NCBI GenBank assembly: GCA_020849895.1
Contig: JADZFN010000012.1
Coordinates: forward strand, 7,258 to 71,257
Reading direction: 5' to 3'
Length of the DNA: 64,000 nucleotides
Origin: Verrucomicrobiia bacterium
GTDB lineage: Bacteria; Verrucomicrobiota; Verrucomicrobiia; JABWAM01
Shown here: piece by piece, positions 38,688-48,632 of the stretch
How the letters are laid out: the number at the start of each line of letters is the position of its first letter
Position numbering within the stretch: position 1 is the stretch's first letter
Translations under genes and position numbers: made by a program
Notes under the pieces: generated by a model
Told to the model about the DNA's origin: nothing
The model's input: only the letters and a program-made list of their open reading frames with translations
Database searches by the model: none

Positions 38688-40049
38688 ATGTCCACGTATC
38701 CTTTGACTCCCAAAACCGTTCCTCACGTTCAAACCGCGTATCGGACCATCCGCACCCAGCTCCCCGTGCCGGAATCGCTTCCGATCCTCGAGGAGATGCG
38801 CAAATACGAGCCGCAATCCATGAGCGGCCTTCCTCCCGTGGTTTGGAAGAAGGGCGAAAACGATCTCGTGCATGATTATTGGGGCAACCGCTGGATTGAT
38901 TGGTCGTGCGGCGTCCTCATCACCAACGTCGGCCACGGGCGCAAGGAGATCGTGGATGCGATCGTCACCCAAGCGCAGAGCGGTCTACTCACCAATTACC
39001 TCTTCCCTCACGCCCTCCGCGGCAAGCTCGCCCGGTTGCTTGTCGAGCGCGCCCCGAAAAACCTCGACAAGGCCTTCATCCTTTCCACCGGCTCGGAAAC
39101 CCTCGAGTGCGCGATCAAGCTGTGCCGCACCCGCGGGATGAACCTTTCTCCCTCCAAACGGGTCATCGTCAGCTTCATCAACGCCTTTCACGGGCGCACC
39201 CTCGGTTCCCAGATGATCGGCGGCGTCCCCGGCCTGAAGGCCTGGATCGGCCATCAGGACCCGAGGATGGTCCAGGTCCCCTTCCCCGAAGGTTTCCGAT
39301 GCAAGGACCTGAGCTTCGAACTCTTCAAGAGCTCGCTCGCGAAGGCGGGCGTAAAACCCGCGGACGTCTGCGGGGTGATCCTCGAAAGCTACCAGGGCGG
39401 CAACGCCAGCTTTGCGGACGTCGCGTATATCAAGGCTCTCCGCGAGTGGTGCGACGAGCACTCCGCGCTTCTGGTCTTCGACGAGGTGCAGGCCGGCTTC
39501 GGGCGCACCGGAAAATACTGGGGGTTCGAACACTACGGCGTCCGCGCCGACATCCTCTGCTGCGGCAAGGGGATCAGCGGTTCGCTCCCGCTCTCCGCCG
39601 TGATCGCCCATCACGAGGTGCTCGACCTCTATGCGCCCGGCTCGATGACCTCCACTCATTCCTGCAATCCGGTCTGCTGTGCGGCGACCATCGCCAATCT
39701 CGAAGTGCTCGATCGCGAAAAGGCGGTGGAAAACGCCGCGCGCCTCGGCGAGACGCTCCACGCCAGCTTGCGCACCCTGCAGAAGAAACACGCGTCGCGC
39801 ATCGGCGCGGTCCATGGCAAAGGGCTGGTCGCCGCGCTTCACATGGTGAAGGCCGGCTCCGAAGATCCGGACGCCGACGCGGCGTGGAAGATCGTGGAGG
39901 CCTGCTACGAACGCGGAGTGCTCATGTTCTCTCCGGTCGGTTTCGGCGGCGCTTCGGTAAAGATCGCTCCACCGCTCACGATCGCGCGCGAAGCGCTTGA
40001 GGAAAGCCTCGGGGTGCTCGGGGAATCCCTGAAGGCCGTGCTGGGTTGA
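38688..40049 (+). CDS. class-III PLP-dependent aminotransferase
   Basis: DEVQAGFGRTGKYWGFEHYGVRADILCCGKGISG (PLP-Lys block) and the GHGRKEIVDAI block. ATG at 38688 (MSTYPL). Confidence 0.8.
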   Translation: MSTYPLTPKTVPHVQTAYRTIRTQLPVPESLPILEEMRKYEPQSMSGLPPVVWKKGENDLVHDYWGNRWIDWSCGVLITNVGHGRKEIVDAIVTQAQSGLLTNYLFPHALRGKLARLLVERAPKNLDKAFILSTGSETLECAIKLCRTRGMNLSPSKRVIVSFINAFHGRTLGSQMIGGVPGLKAWIGHQDPRMVQVPFPEGFRCKDLSFELFKSSLAKAGVKPADVCGVILESYQGGNASFADVAYIKALREWCDEHSALLVFDEVQAGFGRTGKYWGFEHYGVRADILCCGKGISGSLPLSAVIAHHEVLDLYAPGSMTSTHSCNPVCCAATIANLEVLDREKAVENAARLGETLHASLRTLQKKHASRIGAVHGKGLVAALHMVKAGSEDPDADAAWKIVEACYERGVLMFSPVGFGGASVKIAPPLTIAREALEESLGVLGESLKAVLG

Positions 40050-40119
40050 GGGCGGCGCGCCCTTGCGCCCTCGGAGAGGAAGGTTGCGGCCCGCCGCGCT
40101 CCATCTGTAACCTTCCTCC

Positions 40120-40716
40120 ATGCCCCTTCGCCTCTCATTTTACGGCGATCCGATCCTCCGTAAAAAGGGCGCCGAGATCGTCCGCGTGGACGACGCGATC
40201 CGCGTTTTCGCGCGCGAGATGATCGAAACGATGCATGCCCACCGCGGGGTCGGCCTCGCCGCCCAACAAGTCGGCCGCGCCCTCATGCTCTGCGTGGTGG
40301 ACGTGCGCAACGTCGAACGCCCTTCCCAACTCTTCGTCGGAGGGTGCGAAGTTCCCGTGGAAAGCCTCATGCCGATCGTCCTCATCAACCCGCGCCTTCA
40401 AGAGGCGCCAGAGAGCGAGGAAGGAGTCGAAGGCTGCCTCAGCTTCCCCGGACTTGCCGCGCCGGTGCCGCGCAGCCCTTCGACTCAAGTGAGCGCGCTC
40501 GGACTCGAGGGACGCCCGCTTGCGCTCATGGCCACCGGTTTCCTCGCACGCGCGATCCAGCACGAAGTGGACCATCTCAACGGCGTCCTCTTCATTGACC
40601 GCATGACGCCCGAGGCGCGAAAGCCTCTCGAACCCGATATCCTGCGTCTCGAACGCGCCACGAAGGCCGAACTCAAGAAATCCCGCCGGCGTTCGGCGAA
40701 GCCGGCGCCTCATTGA
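40120..40716 (+). CDS. def: peptide deformylase
   Basis: Motifs GVGLAAQQVG, EGCLSFPG and HEVDHLNG. Confidence 0.9.
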   Translation: MPLRLSFYGDPILRKKGAEIVRVDDAIRVFAREMIETMHAHRGVGLAAQQVGRALMLCVVDVRNVERPSQLFVGGCEVPVESLMPIVLINPRLQEAPESEEGVEGCLSFPGLAAPVPRSPSTQVSALGLEGRPLALMATGFLARAIQHEVDHLNGVLFIDRMTPEARKPLEPDILRLERATKAELKKSRRRSAKPAPH

Positions 40717-40757
40717 TTTCAGTGGAAATTCTCCTCTGACGTCGCGAAACTGACGAC

Positions 40758-41576
40758 ATGGCGAATCTGGGCCTCAAGATCGGTTTCCTCGGGGCGGGCC
40801 GGATGAGCGCCGCCCTCGCACGCGGCGTCCTCGACGCCGGGCTTTGTGAGCCTTCCCAGATCCTGGCGAGCGATCCCGACGCCGCCCAACGCGCCGCCTT
40901 TCAGAAAGAAACCGGTGGGACGCCCTTCGCCCGCAACGCGGAGGTCGCCTCCGCCTGCGATCTCGCCGTCCTCGCCGTGAAACCGAGCCATGCATACGAA
41001 GTGCTCGACGAGATCCGCAAGCCCTTCGGCGCGCGTCTTCTTCTCTCTGTCGCCGCGGGAGTCTCTCTGGCCAGGATCGAAGCGGGGCTTGATGAAAACG
41101 CGCGCGTCGTTCGCGCGATGCCGAACACGCCCGCCCTGATCCGCCGCGGCGCGTCCGCCTACAGCGCGGGGCGCAACGCCACCGAAGCGGACCTCGCCCT
41201 CGTCGAAGCCCTCCTCGGCGCCGTCGGCCTCGCCGTGTGCCTTCCCGAAAAGATGCTCGATGCGGTCACCGGCCTCAGCGGGAGCGGCCCCGCCTATCTC
41301 TTCCTCGCCATCGAAGCGCTCTCCGACGGTGGCGTCGAGATGGGCCTGCCCCGCGACGTCGCCCTCAAGCTCGCCGCCCAGACCGTCCTCGGCGCAGCCG
41401 AGATGGTCCTCGCCACCGGCAAACATCCCGGCGTGCTCAAGGACATGGTCGTCTCTCCCGGTGGCACCACCATCGAGGGGCTCCGCGCGCTCGAACAGGC
41501 CGGCGTCCGCGCCGCCTTCATGGGCGCCGTCCGCGCCGCGGCGGAAAAATCCCGCAGGCTCGGCCAAGGGCGATAA
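40758..41576 (+). CDS. proC: pyrroline-5-carboxylate reductase
   Basis: IGFLGAGRMSAAL Rossmann N-terminus. P5CR C-terminal dimerisation block SPGGTTIEGLRALEQAGVRAAFMGAV. Confidence 0.85.
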   Translation: MANLGLKIGFLGAGRMSAALARGVLDAGLCEPSQILASDPDAAQRAAFQKETGGTPFARNAEVASACDLAVLAVKPSHAYEVLDEIRKPFGARLLLSVAAGVSLARIEAGLDENARVVRAMPNTPALIRRGASAYSAGRNATEADLALVEALLGAVGLAVCLPEKMLDAVTGLSGSGPAYLFLAIEALSDGGVEMGLPRDVALKLAAQTVLGAAEMVLATGKHPGVLKDMVVSPGGTTIEGLRALEQAGVRAAFMGAVRAAAEKSRRLGQGR

Positions 41577-41833
41577 GCGCGGCGCCCTTGGAGCGCAAGG
41601 GACATTGCCGCCATCACGTCCTTTGAGCCTGCTCATCGGCAACGCCTTTTGACGCAACGCGTGTTGCTGCGATCCGTTGGCGGCGCCGTTGGATCGCCTG
41701 TGGCCGAACCACCCCGAGCTGTGGTTCGTCACCGACCACGGCGACATCCGTCATCCGAATACGGAATGCCATCCCGATCAACCTTCGGACTTCCGATTCT
41801 TGGACCATCCAAAAAATCAGAGAAGGAGGCGGT

Positions 41834-42790
41834 TCAGAGGGCGCCTGCAATCATCTCGCGCACCGCTTCTTCGACCCCGCGCCGCGGGCGGAAGCCCGTC
41901 AGCCTCTCGAGACGCGACACGTCGGGAATCCGCGACGGCATGTCGGCAAAATCGGTGTCGTACACCTCGCGCGGATCCACGTGGAGAATCGTCGAACGCG
42001 AGCCGGCCAGGCGGATGACCCTCCTTGCCAAATCAAGCATCGTTACGGACTCGGGATTCCCCACGTTCACAATCTGCCTCTCGGCGTCGGGCGCGTTCGC
42101 GAGGCGGAGCGTGGCTTCCACCGCGTCCGCCACATGCATAAAGCATCGCGATTGCGAGCCGTCGCCGAACACGGTGAGCGGCTCACCCGCCACCGCCTGG
42201 CGCACGAAGCGAGGCAGCACCATTCCGTGATCGGGGATCTGGCGCACCCCGACCGCATTGAAGCAACGCAACGCCACGAAGCGCAACCCCTGCCGCTTCG
42301 CCTGGGCGAAGGCGTAAAACTCGGCCAGCGCCTTGCTGCACGCGTAGCCCCAGCGCCCGATGGTCGGCGCGCCGAGGACAAGGTCGGAGTCTTCGACAAA
42401 CGCACCGCCCGGTGCCTTCCCGTAGACCTCGCTCGTCGAAGCGAACAGGATCTTCTTGCCGAGCCGCGCGCCGGCGTCGAGAACGTGGCGCGCGCCGACG
42501 AAATTGGTTTCGAGGGTGCGAATCGGGTCGCGGATTACGAGGCGCACTCCCACCACCGCGGCGAAGTGAAACACGAGGTCCGCCTCGCCGACCAAACGCC
42601 CGACGAGCGCCGCATCGAGCACCGAGCCGTTCACGATCCGCAGGCGCGGATCCCTCCGGCACGCGTCGAGGTTTTCCTCGCGCCCCGTGGAGAAATCGTC
42701 GAGCACGACGGCTTCTCCTCCCCGCGCGAGCCATGCCTCCGTCAGATGGGAGCCGAGGAACCCTCCGCCACCCGTAATTAACGCTTTCAT
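41834..42790 (-). CDS. NAD-dependent epimerase/dehydratase (extended SDR, UDP-sugar epimerase/decarboxylase-like)
   Basis: ITGGGGFLGSHL and the YACSK catalytic dyad. 318 aa. Confidence 0.8.
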   Translation of the reverse strand: MKALITGGGGFLGSHLTEAWLARGGEAVVLDDFSTGREENLDACRRDPRLRIVNGSVLDAALVGRLVGEADLVFHFAAVVGVRLVIRDPIRTLETNFVGARHVLDAGARLGKKILFASTSEVYGKAPGGAFVEDSDLVLGAPTIGRWGYACSKALAEFYAFAQAKRQGLRFVALRCFNAVGVRQIPDHGMVLPRFVRQAVAGEPLTVFGDGSQSRCFMHVADAVEATLRLANAPDAERQIVNVGNPESVTMLDLARRVIRLAGSRSTILHVDPREVYDTDFADMPSRIPDVSRLERLTGFRPRRGVEEAVREMIAGAL

Positions 42791-42887
42791 CCGCGCTTCA
42801 CGTTATCGAGGGATTCCGCCGAAAGAAAGCGCGCGGCGACGCACTCCTCTTTCGCCGGCAAACACGCGCGACGCCGCGCCGCGCCGA

Positions 42888-43601
42888 TTACGTCGCCCCG
42901 CGCTGATGGAAGAGGAGGCGTCCGCAATTGGTGCAGGCGACGAGCAGGTCTTCGCGCCGGGCGTCGTGGAGAGTCTGTGTGGTGAGCTTCAGATGGCACC
43001 CCGAGCAGATCCCGTGGACGATTCCCACCACCGCCTGTCCGTGGCGATGCGCGAAGATCCGTTCGTAGCGCGAGAGCGCGTCTTCCGGAATCCCTTCGGT
43101 CAGCGCCTTGCGATCTTCGCCCAGCTTTTCGATTTCCCCACGCATCGCGCCTTCCCGAACTTCCAGATCCTTTTTCTGGAGGGCGGTCCGCGCGGCGGTT
43201 TCCTTCTGCCGCGCTTCCGCGGCCTTCGCTTCACGCTGAAGGTTTTCGACCTGCTCCATGAATTCGAGTTCGCGGTCCTCGATTCTGCGAATGTCCTGCT
43301 CCGCCGCGGCGATCTCGTGCTGCAGGGCGTGAAACTGATCGTTGTTTTTGATTTCGAGAAGCTGGGTCTTGTATTTTTGGATCTGGGCCTGTTTCGAGGA
43401 GACCTCGATCTCCAGCTTTTTGCGCTCGGCCTCCGCGTGGCGCATGGCGGCCTTGGCGTCTTCAGCGCCTTTCGCCGCGGCATCTTCCTTTCTCTCGAGC
43501 TCTGCGCGCTCTTTCGGCGCGTACTCCAGCGCCGTTTTCAGATCGAGGAGACGCTTGTCGCGATCCTGAAGAACCAGCAGTTTCTCGAGCGCGGGGTTCA
43601 T
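42888..43601 (-). CDS. coiled-coil zinc-ribbon protein (DUF164/COG1579-like C4 zinc ribbon)
   Basis: ATG at 43601 (MNPALEKLLVLQDRDKRLLDL). Long coiled coil. C-terminal CSGCHLKL...CTNCGRLL. 4-nt overlap with ribE. Confidence 0.65.
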   Translation of the reverse strand: MNPALEKLLVLQDRDKRLLDLKTALEYAPKERAELERKEDAAAKGAEDAKAAMRHAEAERKKLEIEVSSKQAQIQKYKTQLLEIKNNDQFHALQHEIAAAEQDIRRIEDRELEFMEQVENLQREAKAAEARQKETAARTALQKKDLEVREGAMRGEIEKLGEDRKALTEGIPEDALSRYERIFAHRHGQAVVGIVHGICSGCHLKLTTQTLHDARREDLLVACTNCGRLLFHQRGAT

Positions 43602-44200
43602 GTCCTCCGCACCTTCTCTCCCAGGGCTTTCCACGCATATTTGGCGAGCATGTCGGCTTCGAGATTCACAAAATCCCCGACGCATTTCCATCCTAAAGTC
43701 GTGATCTCGAGCGTGTGCGGGATCAGCCAGATCCCGAACCGCGCGGAGGAGACGGAGCTGACCGTGAGACTGACCCCATCGAGGGCGACGCATCCCTTCA
43801 TCACGATCCAGCGCATGAATCCGCGCGGCGGCGCGATCTCGATGTAGAGGTCCGCGCCCTTCGTGCGACGCGCAACGAGACGCCCGATTCCGTCAATGTG
43901 GCCCGTCACAAAGTGTCCGCCGAGAGTGTCGCCAAGCTTCAGCGACGTCTCGAGATTGATCCTTTCGGGAGGCTTCGCGCGATGGAATACGGTGCGCTTC
44001 CAGGTTTCCCGGAGGACGTCGAACTCCAGAAGCCCGCCGCGGTTTTCCACCACGGTGAGACAACAGCCGTTGACGGCTACGGACGATCCCGTCTTCGCCT
44101 CGCGTGCCAGGCCGAGATGGCGGATGCGCACGCGGATGCTTTTCCGGCCGGGGCGAATGCTTTCGAGAAGACCTTGACCGGCGACGATTCCGCTGAACAT
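43598..44200 (-). CDS. ribE: riboflavin synthase alpha chain
   Basis: MFSGIVAGQG...GSSVAVNGCCLTV...GGHFVTGHIDGIG...LIPHTLEITTLG, the duplicated lumazine-binding repeats. Confidence 0.85.
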   Translation of the reverse strand: MFSGIVAGQGLLESIRPGRKSIRVRIRHLGLAREAKTGSSVAVNGCCLTVVENRGGLLEFDVLRETWKRTVFHRAKPPERINLETSLKLGDTLGGHFVTGHIDGIGRLVARRTKGADLYIEIAPPRGFMRWIVMKGCVALDGVSLTVSSVSSARFGIWLIPHTLEITTLGWKCVGDFVNLEADMLAKYAWKALGEKVRRT

Positions 44201-44342
44201 GGAGCTTCGAGGTTACCGAAACCGCCGCGGGCACGACAGCAAAATCGTGCGCCTGCTGGGCGATACCACAAAGAAGACAGAATGCAGGATTGATCGCCTC
44301 TTGGAAGACTCTAAAGTTCAAGAGATCGTTTCGCCTCTCGAC

Positions 44343-46769
44343 ATGACGTTCCGCCTTACCCGCTTTCCGCTCTCCGTTTCTTGCGTCTTGACCGTCGCCG
44401 CGTTTCTGGGGCTCGTCCCATCGCTGGCGCCCGCGGCGCCGGCGCCATCCGCGGCGGCGCCGGTCACCGTCAAGGTCTTCAGCCTGCCTTCGAAACAGGC
44501 GGGGAACCCCGACGGCATCGCGAACTATCGAGTGTTGGAACGCTTTCACGAACTTCACCCCCATATCCGCCTGACTTCCTCCACGGCCCTCCAGATCGAG
44601 GGACGCGGGAGCGACACCGCCCCCCTCATGTCCATCGCGGGCGGCTCCTCACCCGACATCATTTACGTCAATTTTCGCATCTCGGACACCTACATCAGCC
44701 AGGGTTTCCTGCAGCCTCTCGACGAATATCTCGCAAAGATGAGTCCCGAGGAGCGCGCAGAACGGCTTCCCAAAACCGTGCTCCCCGTCGTCTATCGTCA
44801 TGGCCCCGGAGGCAAACACTACTGGGCCATGCCGCAGCGCGTCCTGGCCACCGTTCTCATCTATCGTCGGGACCTCTTCGCCGCCGCCGGACTCGATCCG
44901 AACCGAGCGCCGCGCGACTGGAACGAGCTGCGGGAGTTCGCGCGAAAGGTCGCCGACCCGGCCAAGGGCATCTACGGCCTCGCGTTTCCCGTAAGCCCCC
45001 ACGCCTCCGCCGCCATCAACTCCTACCTCTGCAGCGCGGGCGCCCATGCGGTCACCCAGCTTCCGGACGGCGAATGGCGCGCCACGTTCGACTCGGATGA
45101 GGCGGTCACCGCCTACTCTTTCGTGGACGAACTCCAGAAGGAGAAGGTCGTCCGCGACGGCAAAGAAGGCTTCCTCGCCTACCGCGCCGTGGACGCCAGC
45201 AAGAAATGGGCCGACGGACGGATCGCGATGACCTTCATCTATCTGGGCGGCGGCCGGCTCGGCGATCTCAACCCCGAGCTGATCGGGGTGGCGCCGGTCC
45301 CCAAAGGCCCGACCGGTCGCTCGAGTTCCGAGGTGAACTGCATGATGCTCGGCATCTTCGCGGGGCAGAAGGACCAACGGGTGCGCGACGCCGCGTGGGA
45401 GTATATCCGCTTCCTCGACAGTCGGGAGGCGCGCCGCATCTTCACGCAGACCATGGTCGAGCAGGGCGGCGCGCGCATGGTCCATCCCAAATGGCTCCGC
45501 GAGTTCGGCTATCCGCAACTCGCCCTCCTCTCCCCGCCCGGCCTAGCGGAGGCTTACGAGCAGGCCCTCGTCAACGGCACGCCGGAACCCTACGGCCGAA
45601 ACTGCCAATCCATCTACTACATGATGACGAGGCCGCTGGAGCAGATTTATTTCACCGATTTCACTGGCATGAACGCGGAACAACGTCTCGCCAAGATCAA
45701 GGATTTCCTCTCCGCCGCCGTCCGCGAAGCCAACGAAAAGCTGATCGGCCACGTCCCCGAGTCCGTCCGCCGCACGCGCAACGCCGTCGCGTGGGGAGTC
45801 GCCGTCTTGGTCGCCGTGGGGTTCGTCGCCCTTCTCGCAAAGGTCTTCCGTTGGATCAGCGTCGGCCAGGCGCCTCCGGACGAGAAGTCCTCGGCCTACA
45901 AGACGTGGTTCGCCCTCGGCCTGCTTGCCCCCGCCTTGGGCCTCATCCTTCTCTGGCATTACGTGCCGCTCGCGCGCGGCACACTCATCGCCTTCCAAGA
46001 CTACCGCGTGATGGGCGGTGTTCCCTGGGTCGGGATCAGCAACTTCGCGGACGTGCTCTTCGATACGCGCTTCTGGCTCTCCCTCTGGCACGCCGCCTAC
46101 TTCTGCGCCCTGTGGATGCTCCTCGGTTTTCTCCCTCCGATGTTTCTCGCCATCTTGCTCCAGGAAATCCCGAAGGGAAAAATCCTTTATCGCGTCCTTT
46201 TCTATCTCCCCGCCGTCGTTTCGGGGGTGGTGATCCTGTTCATGTGGCGCGCCATCTACGATCCGATGCCCGACGGCATCCTCAACCGCATCCTCGGCGT
46301 CTTCGGCGTCCCGCCCCAGCAATGGCTCCAGGACCCTTCCATCGCCATGCTCTGCGTCGTCTTTCCGCTTGCGTGGGCGCACCTCGGCCCCGGTTGCATC
46401 ATCTACCTCGCCGCCCTCAAAGGCATCCCCGACGAGCTTTATGAGGCCGCCGACATTGACGGCGCCGGCTTCTCCACCAAGGTGCGCTTCATCGTCATCC
46501 CCTACATGAAGCCGCTCCTCGTCATCAACGGCGTCGGCGCCCTCATCCATGGCTTCAACTCCGGCAGCGCCGTCCTCGCCATGACCGGCGGCGGGCCCAA
46601 CATGGCGACCCACGTCGTCGGTTACGAAATCTTCGAACGCAGCTTTCTCTTCCTGCGCTTCGGCCACGGCACCGCGATGGCCTGGATCGTCGGCCTCCTC
46701 CTCCTCTCCTTCACCGCCGTCCAGCTCCGCATCCTCAATAAGGTTGAATTCCGTACCGCCAACCGCTGA
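44343..46769 (+). CDS. ABC sugar transporter: fused periplasmic solute-binding domain + MalF-type permease
   Basis: Signal peptide MTFRLTRFPLSVSCVLTVAAFLGLVPSLAPAA, then an SBP family-1 domain (about 450 aa), then 6 TMs with the EAA loop EAADIDGAGFSTKVRFIVIPYMKP. Confidence 0.7.
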   Translation: MTFRLTRFPLSVSCVLTVAAFLGLVPSLAPAAPAPSAAAPVTVKVFSLPSKQAGNPDGIANYRVLERFHELHPHIRLTSSTALQIEGRGSDTAPLMSIAGGSSPDIIYVNFRISDTYISQGFLQPLDEYLAKMSPEERAERLPKTVLPVVYRHGPGGKHYWAMPQRVLATVLIYRRDLFAAAGLDPNRAPRDWNELREFARKVADPAKGIYGLAFPVSPHASAAINSYLCSAGAHAVTQLPDGEWRATFDSDEAVTAYSFVDELQKEKVVRDGKEGFLAYRAVDASKKWADGRIAMTFIYLGGGRLGDLNPELIGVAPVPKGPTGRSSSEVNCMMLGIFAGQKDQRVRDAAWEYIRFLDSREARRIFTQTMVEQGGARMVHPKWLREFGYPQLALLSPPGLAEAYEQALVNGTPEPYGRNCQSIYYMMTRPLEQIYFTDFTGMNAEQRLAKIKDFLSAAVREANEKLIGHVPESVRRTRNAVAWGVAVLVAVGFVALLAKVFRWISVGQAPPDEKSSAYKTWFALGLLAPALGLILLWHYVPLARGTLIAFQDYRVMGGVPWVGISNFADVLFDTRFWLSLWHAAYFCALWMLLGFLPPMFLAILLQEIPKGKILYRVLFYLPAVVSGVVILFMWRAIYDPMPDGILNRILGVFGVPPQQWLQDPSIAMLCVVFPLAWAHLGPGCIIYLAALKGIPDELYEAADIDGAGFSTKVRFIVIPYMKPLLVINGVGALIHGFNSGSAVLAMTGGGPNMATHVVGYEIFERSFLFLRFGHGTAMAWIVGLLLLSFTAVQLRILNKVEFRTANR

Positions 46770-46790
46770 CGCGCCCCGCCCCTCCGCCTC

Positions 46791-48632
46791 ATGCCCATCC
46801 TGAACTCCATTCAACGACGCTCCCGCGGCGGACGCCTCCTTTTCGGAGTCGTCTACGCCCTGCTGACCCTCGGCGCCGCATGGATGGTGTATCCCTTCCT
46901 CCTCCTGCTCAGCGGCGCCCTCAAAAGCGAAACCGATATCCGCCACTTCGACGTCTTCCCGAAGTATCTCACCGACGATCTCATGCTTTTCCGGAAGTTC
47001 GAGGACCAACGCTACGGCGGCAGCCTCGACCTCTTCACCAGCACCACCGGCGTGCCGCTCTACTCCTTCGAACAAACGCCCAAGCCTCCTCCCTCCGCAC
47101 CAGCCGTCCTCGCCGATTGGCGCGAGTTTCTTCGCGGTTCGGACGCATGGCCTGAGCCCTTTCTCCGCCTCGGCCACGTCTTGGGCTATCGCACCCTCGG
47201 TGAAGTCACGCTCGAATACCAACATCGCCTCGCGAAAGCGTTTCCGGATCTCCAGAAGGAGGAGTTTGCGGTCCGACTCGTGAGCGAAGCGTGGCCTTCC
47301 CGCTCCTATCAGCCCGTGCATGGCCTGTTCGCCCCCGTCTACCAAAAACTCCGCCGCGACCTGCCGCGCCGCTATTTCTATCCGACTTCGCTCCAAGGCA
47401 ACTTCGAGACCTCTTATCTCCGGGCGCGTTATGGCACTGGAGAAGATGGAGTCGAGAAGCTCAACGCTCGCTGGGGCACGCGCTACGCAAGCCTTCAGGA
47501 CGCCATCCTGACGCCCGAGCCCCCCCTCCAGCCGGGGATGCGCGAAGACTGGTGGATCTACGTCCGCGACAGCCTTTCGTCCCGCTTCATCCGCTGCGCG
47601 CCCTCGCTGCTGCCGGAGTACCGCGCCTTTCTCCGGGATAAGTATCGGGATCTCGCCGCCTTCGGCGACGCCTACGGACGTCCGTTCCGTTCGTGGAACG
47701 ACGCCGCCTTCCCTGCGCCGGACGCGCGCGCGCTCGCCTTCAGCGATTTCGAAGTCTTTCTCCAGACCCGCAAAGGTCCCGAGGGGGTTTCTCTCGACGG
47801 GCCGGAGTTTCGCTGGCGCGCCTTTCTCCGAGAAAAATACGGAGACGATCTCGCCGCGTTCCAACGAGCCCACGGCGGCGTCTCGACCTTCGAAGGCGTC
47901 AGGATGCCCGTTTTTGCCGACGACTGGCAGATCATGCAGGAGCACAAAGGCGCGATCCTCCGGGACTTCCTGACCCGGAACTTCCGCATCGTCTGGGACC
48001 AGCTCTCCGTGCGCGGGCGCGCCTTCCAGAACACGATCATCTTCTGCGCCCTCGCCATCCTCACCGCCCTCATCGTGAACCCGCTGGCCGCCTACGCCCT
48101 CTCCCGCTTCCAACCGCGCTGGGGCTACAAGGCCCTTTTCTTCCTCATGGCGACCATGGCCTTTCCCGCGGAAGTCACCCAGATTCCAAACTTCCTCATG
48201 CTCCGCGAGCTCGGCCTCCTCAACACCTTTGCTGCGCTGATCCTCCCCGGCGCCGCCAGCGGCTACTCCATCTTCCTCTTGAAAGGCTTTTTCGACAGTC
48301 TCCCCCGCGATCTCTACGAATCGGCCAATCTGGACGGCGCAAGCGAACTCCGCATCTTCTTCACCATCACCCTGCCGCTCTCCAAACCGATCCTGGCGGT
48401 GATCGCCCTCGGCGCATTCACTCACGCCTACGGCGCGTTCATGTTCGCCCTGCTCGTCTGTCAGAAGGAATCCATGTGGACCCTCATGGTTTACATCTAT
48501 CAGCTCCAGATGGGGTTCGGTCCCCCGGTCGTCTTCGCCGCCCTCATCATGGCCGCGGTCCCGACCCTGCTCGTCTTCGTCTTCTGCCAGAACATCATCA
48601 TGCGCGGCATCGTGGTCCCCGTCGAAAAATGA
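46791..48632 (+). CDS. ABC sugar transporter permease (MalG-type) with about 370-aa periplasmic insertion after TM1
   Basis: TM1 at residues 17-40, a long hydrophilic insert, then TMs with the EAA loop ESANLDGASELRIFFTITLP. The stop overlaps the next start (ATGA). Confidence 0.7.
   Translation: MPILNSIQRRSRGGRLLFGVVYALLTLGAAWMVYPFLLLLSGALKSETDIRHFDVFPKYLTDDLMLFRKFEDQRYGGSLDLFTSTTGVPLYSFEQTPKPPPSAPAVLADWREFLRGSDAWPEPFLRLGHVLGYRTLGEVTLEYQHRLAKAFPDLQKEEFAVRLVSEAWPSRSYQPVHGLFAPVYQKLRRDLPRRYFYPTSLQGNFETSYLRARYGTGEDGVEKLNARWGTRYASLQDAILTPEPPLQPGMREDWWIYVRDSLSSRFIRCAPSLLPEYRAFLRDKYRDLAAFGDAYGRPFRSWNDAAFPAPDARALAFSDFEVFLQTRKGPEGVSLDGPEFRWRAFLREKYGDDLAAFQRAHGGVSTFEGVRMPVFADDWQIMQEHKGAILRDFLTRNFRIVWDQLSVRGRAFQNTIIFCALAILTALIVNPLAAYALSRFQPRWGYKALFFLMATMAFPAEVTQIPNFLMLRELGLLNTFAALILPGAASGYSIFLLKGFFDSLPRDLYESANLDGASELRIFFTITLPLSKPILAVIALGAFTHAYGAFMFALLVCQKESMWTLMVYIYQLQMGFGPPVVFAALIMAAVPTLLVFVFCQNIIMRGIVVPVEK

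Noticed and set aside
41795-41825. Hairpin TTGGA-CCA-TCCAA followed by an A6 run near the epimerase gene end, considered as an intrinsic terminator.
   Set aside because: On the plus strand the run is A not T. On the minus strand the T-run precedes rather than follows the stem. The orientation is wrong for either convergent gene.
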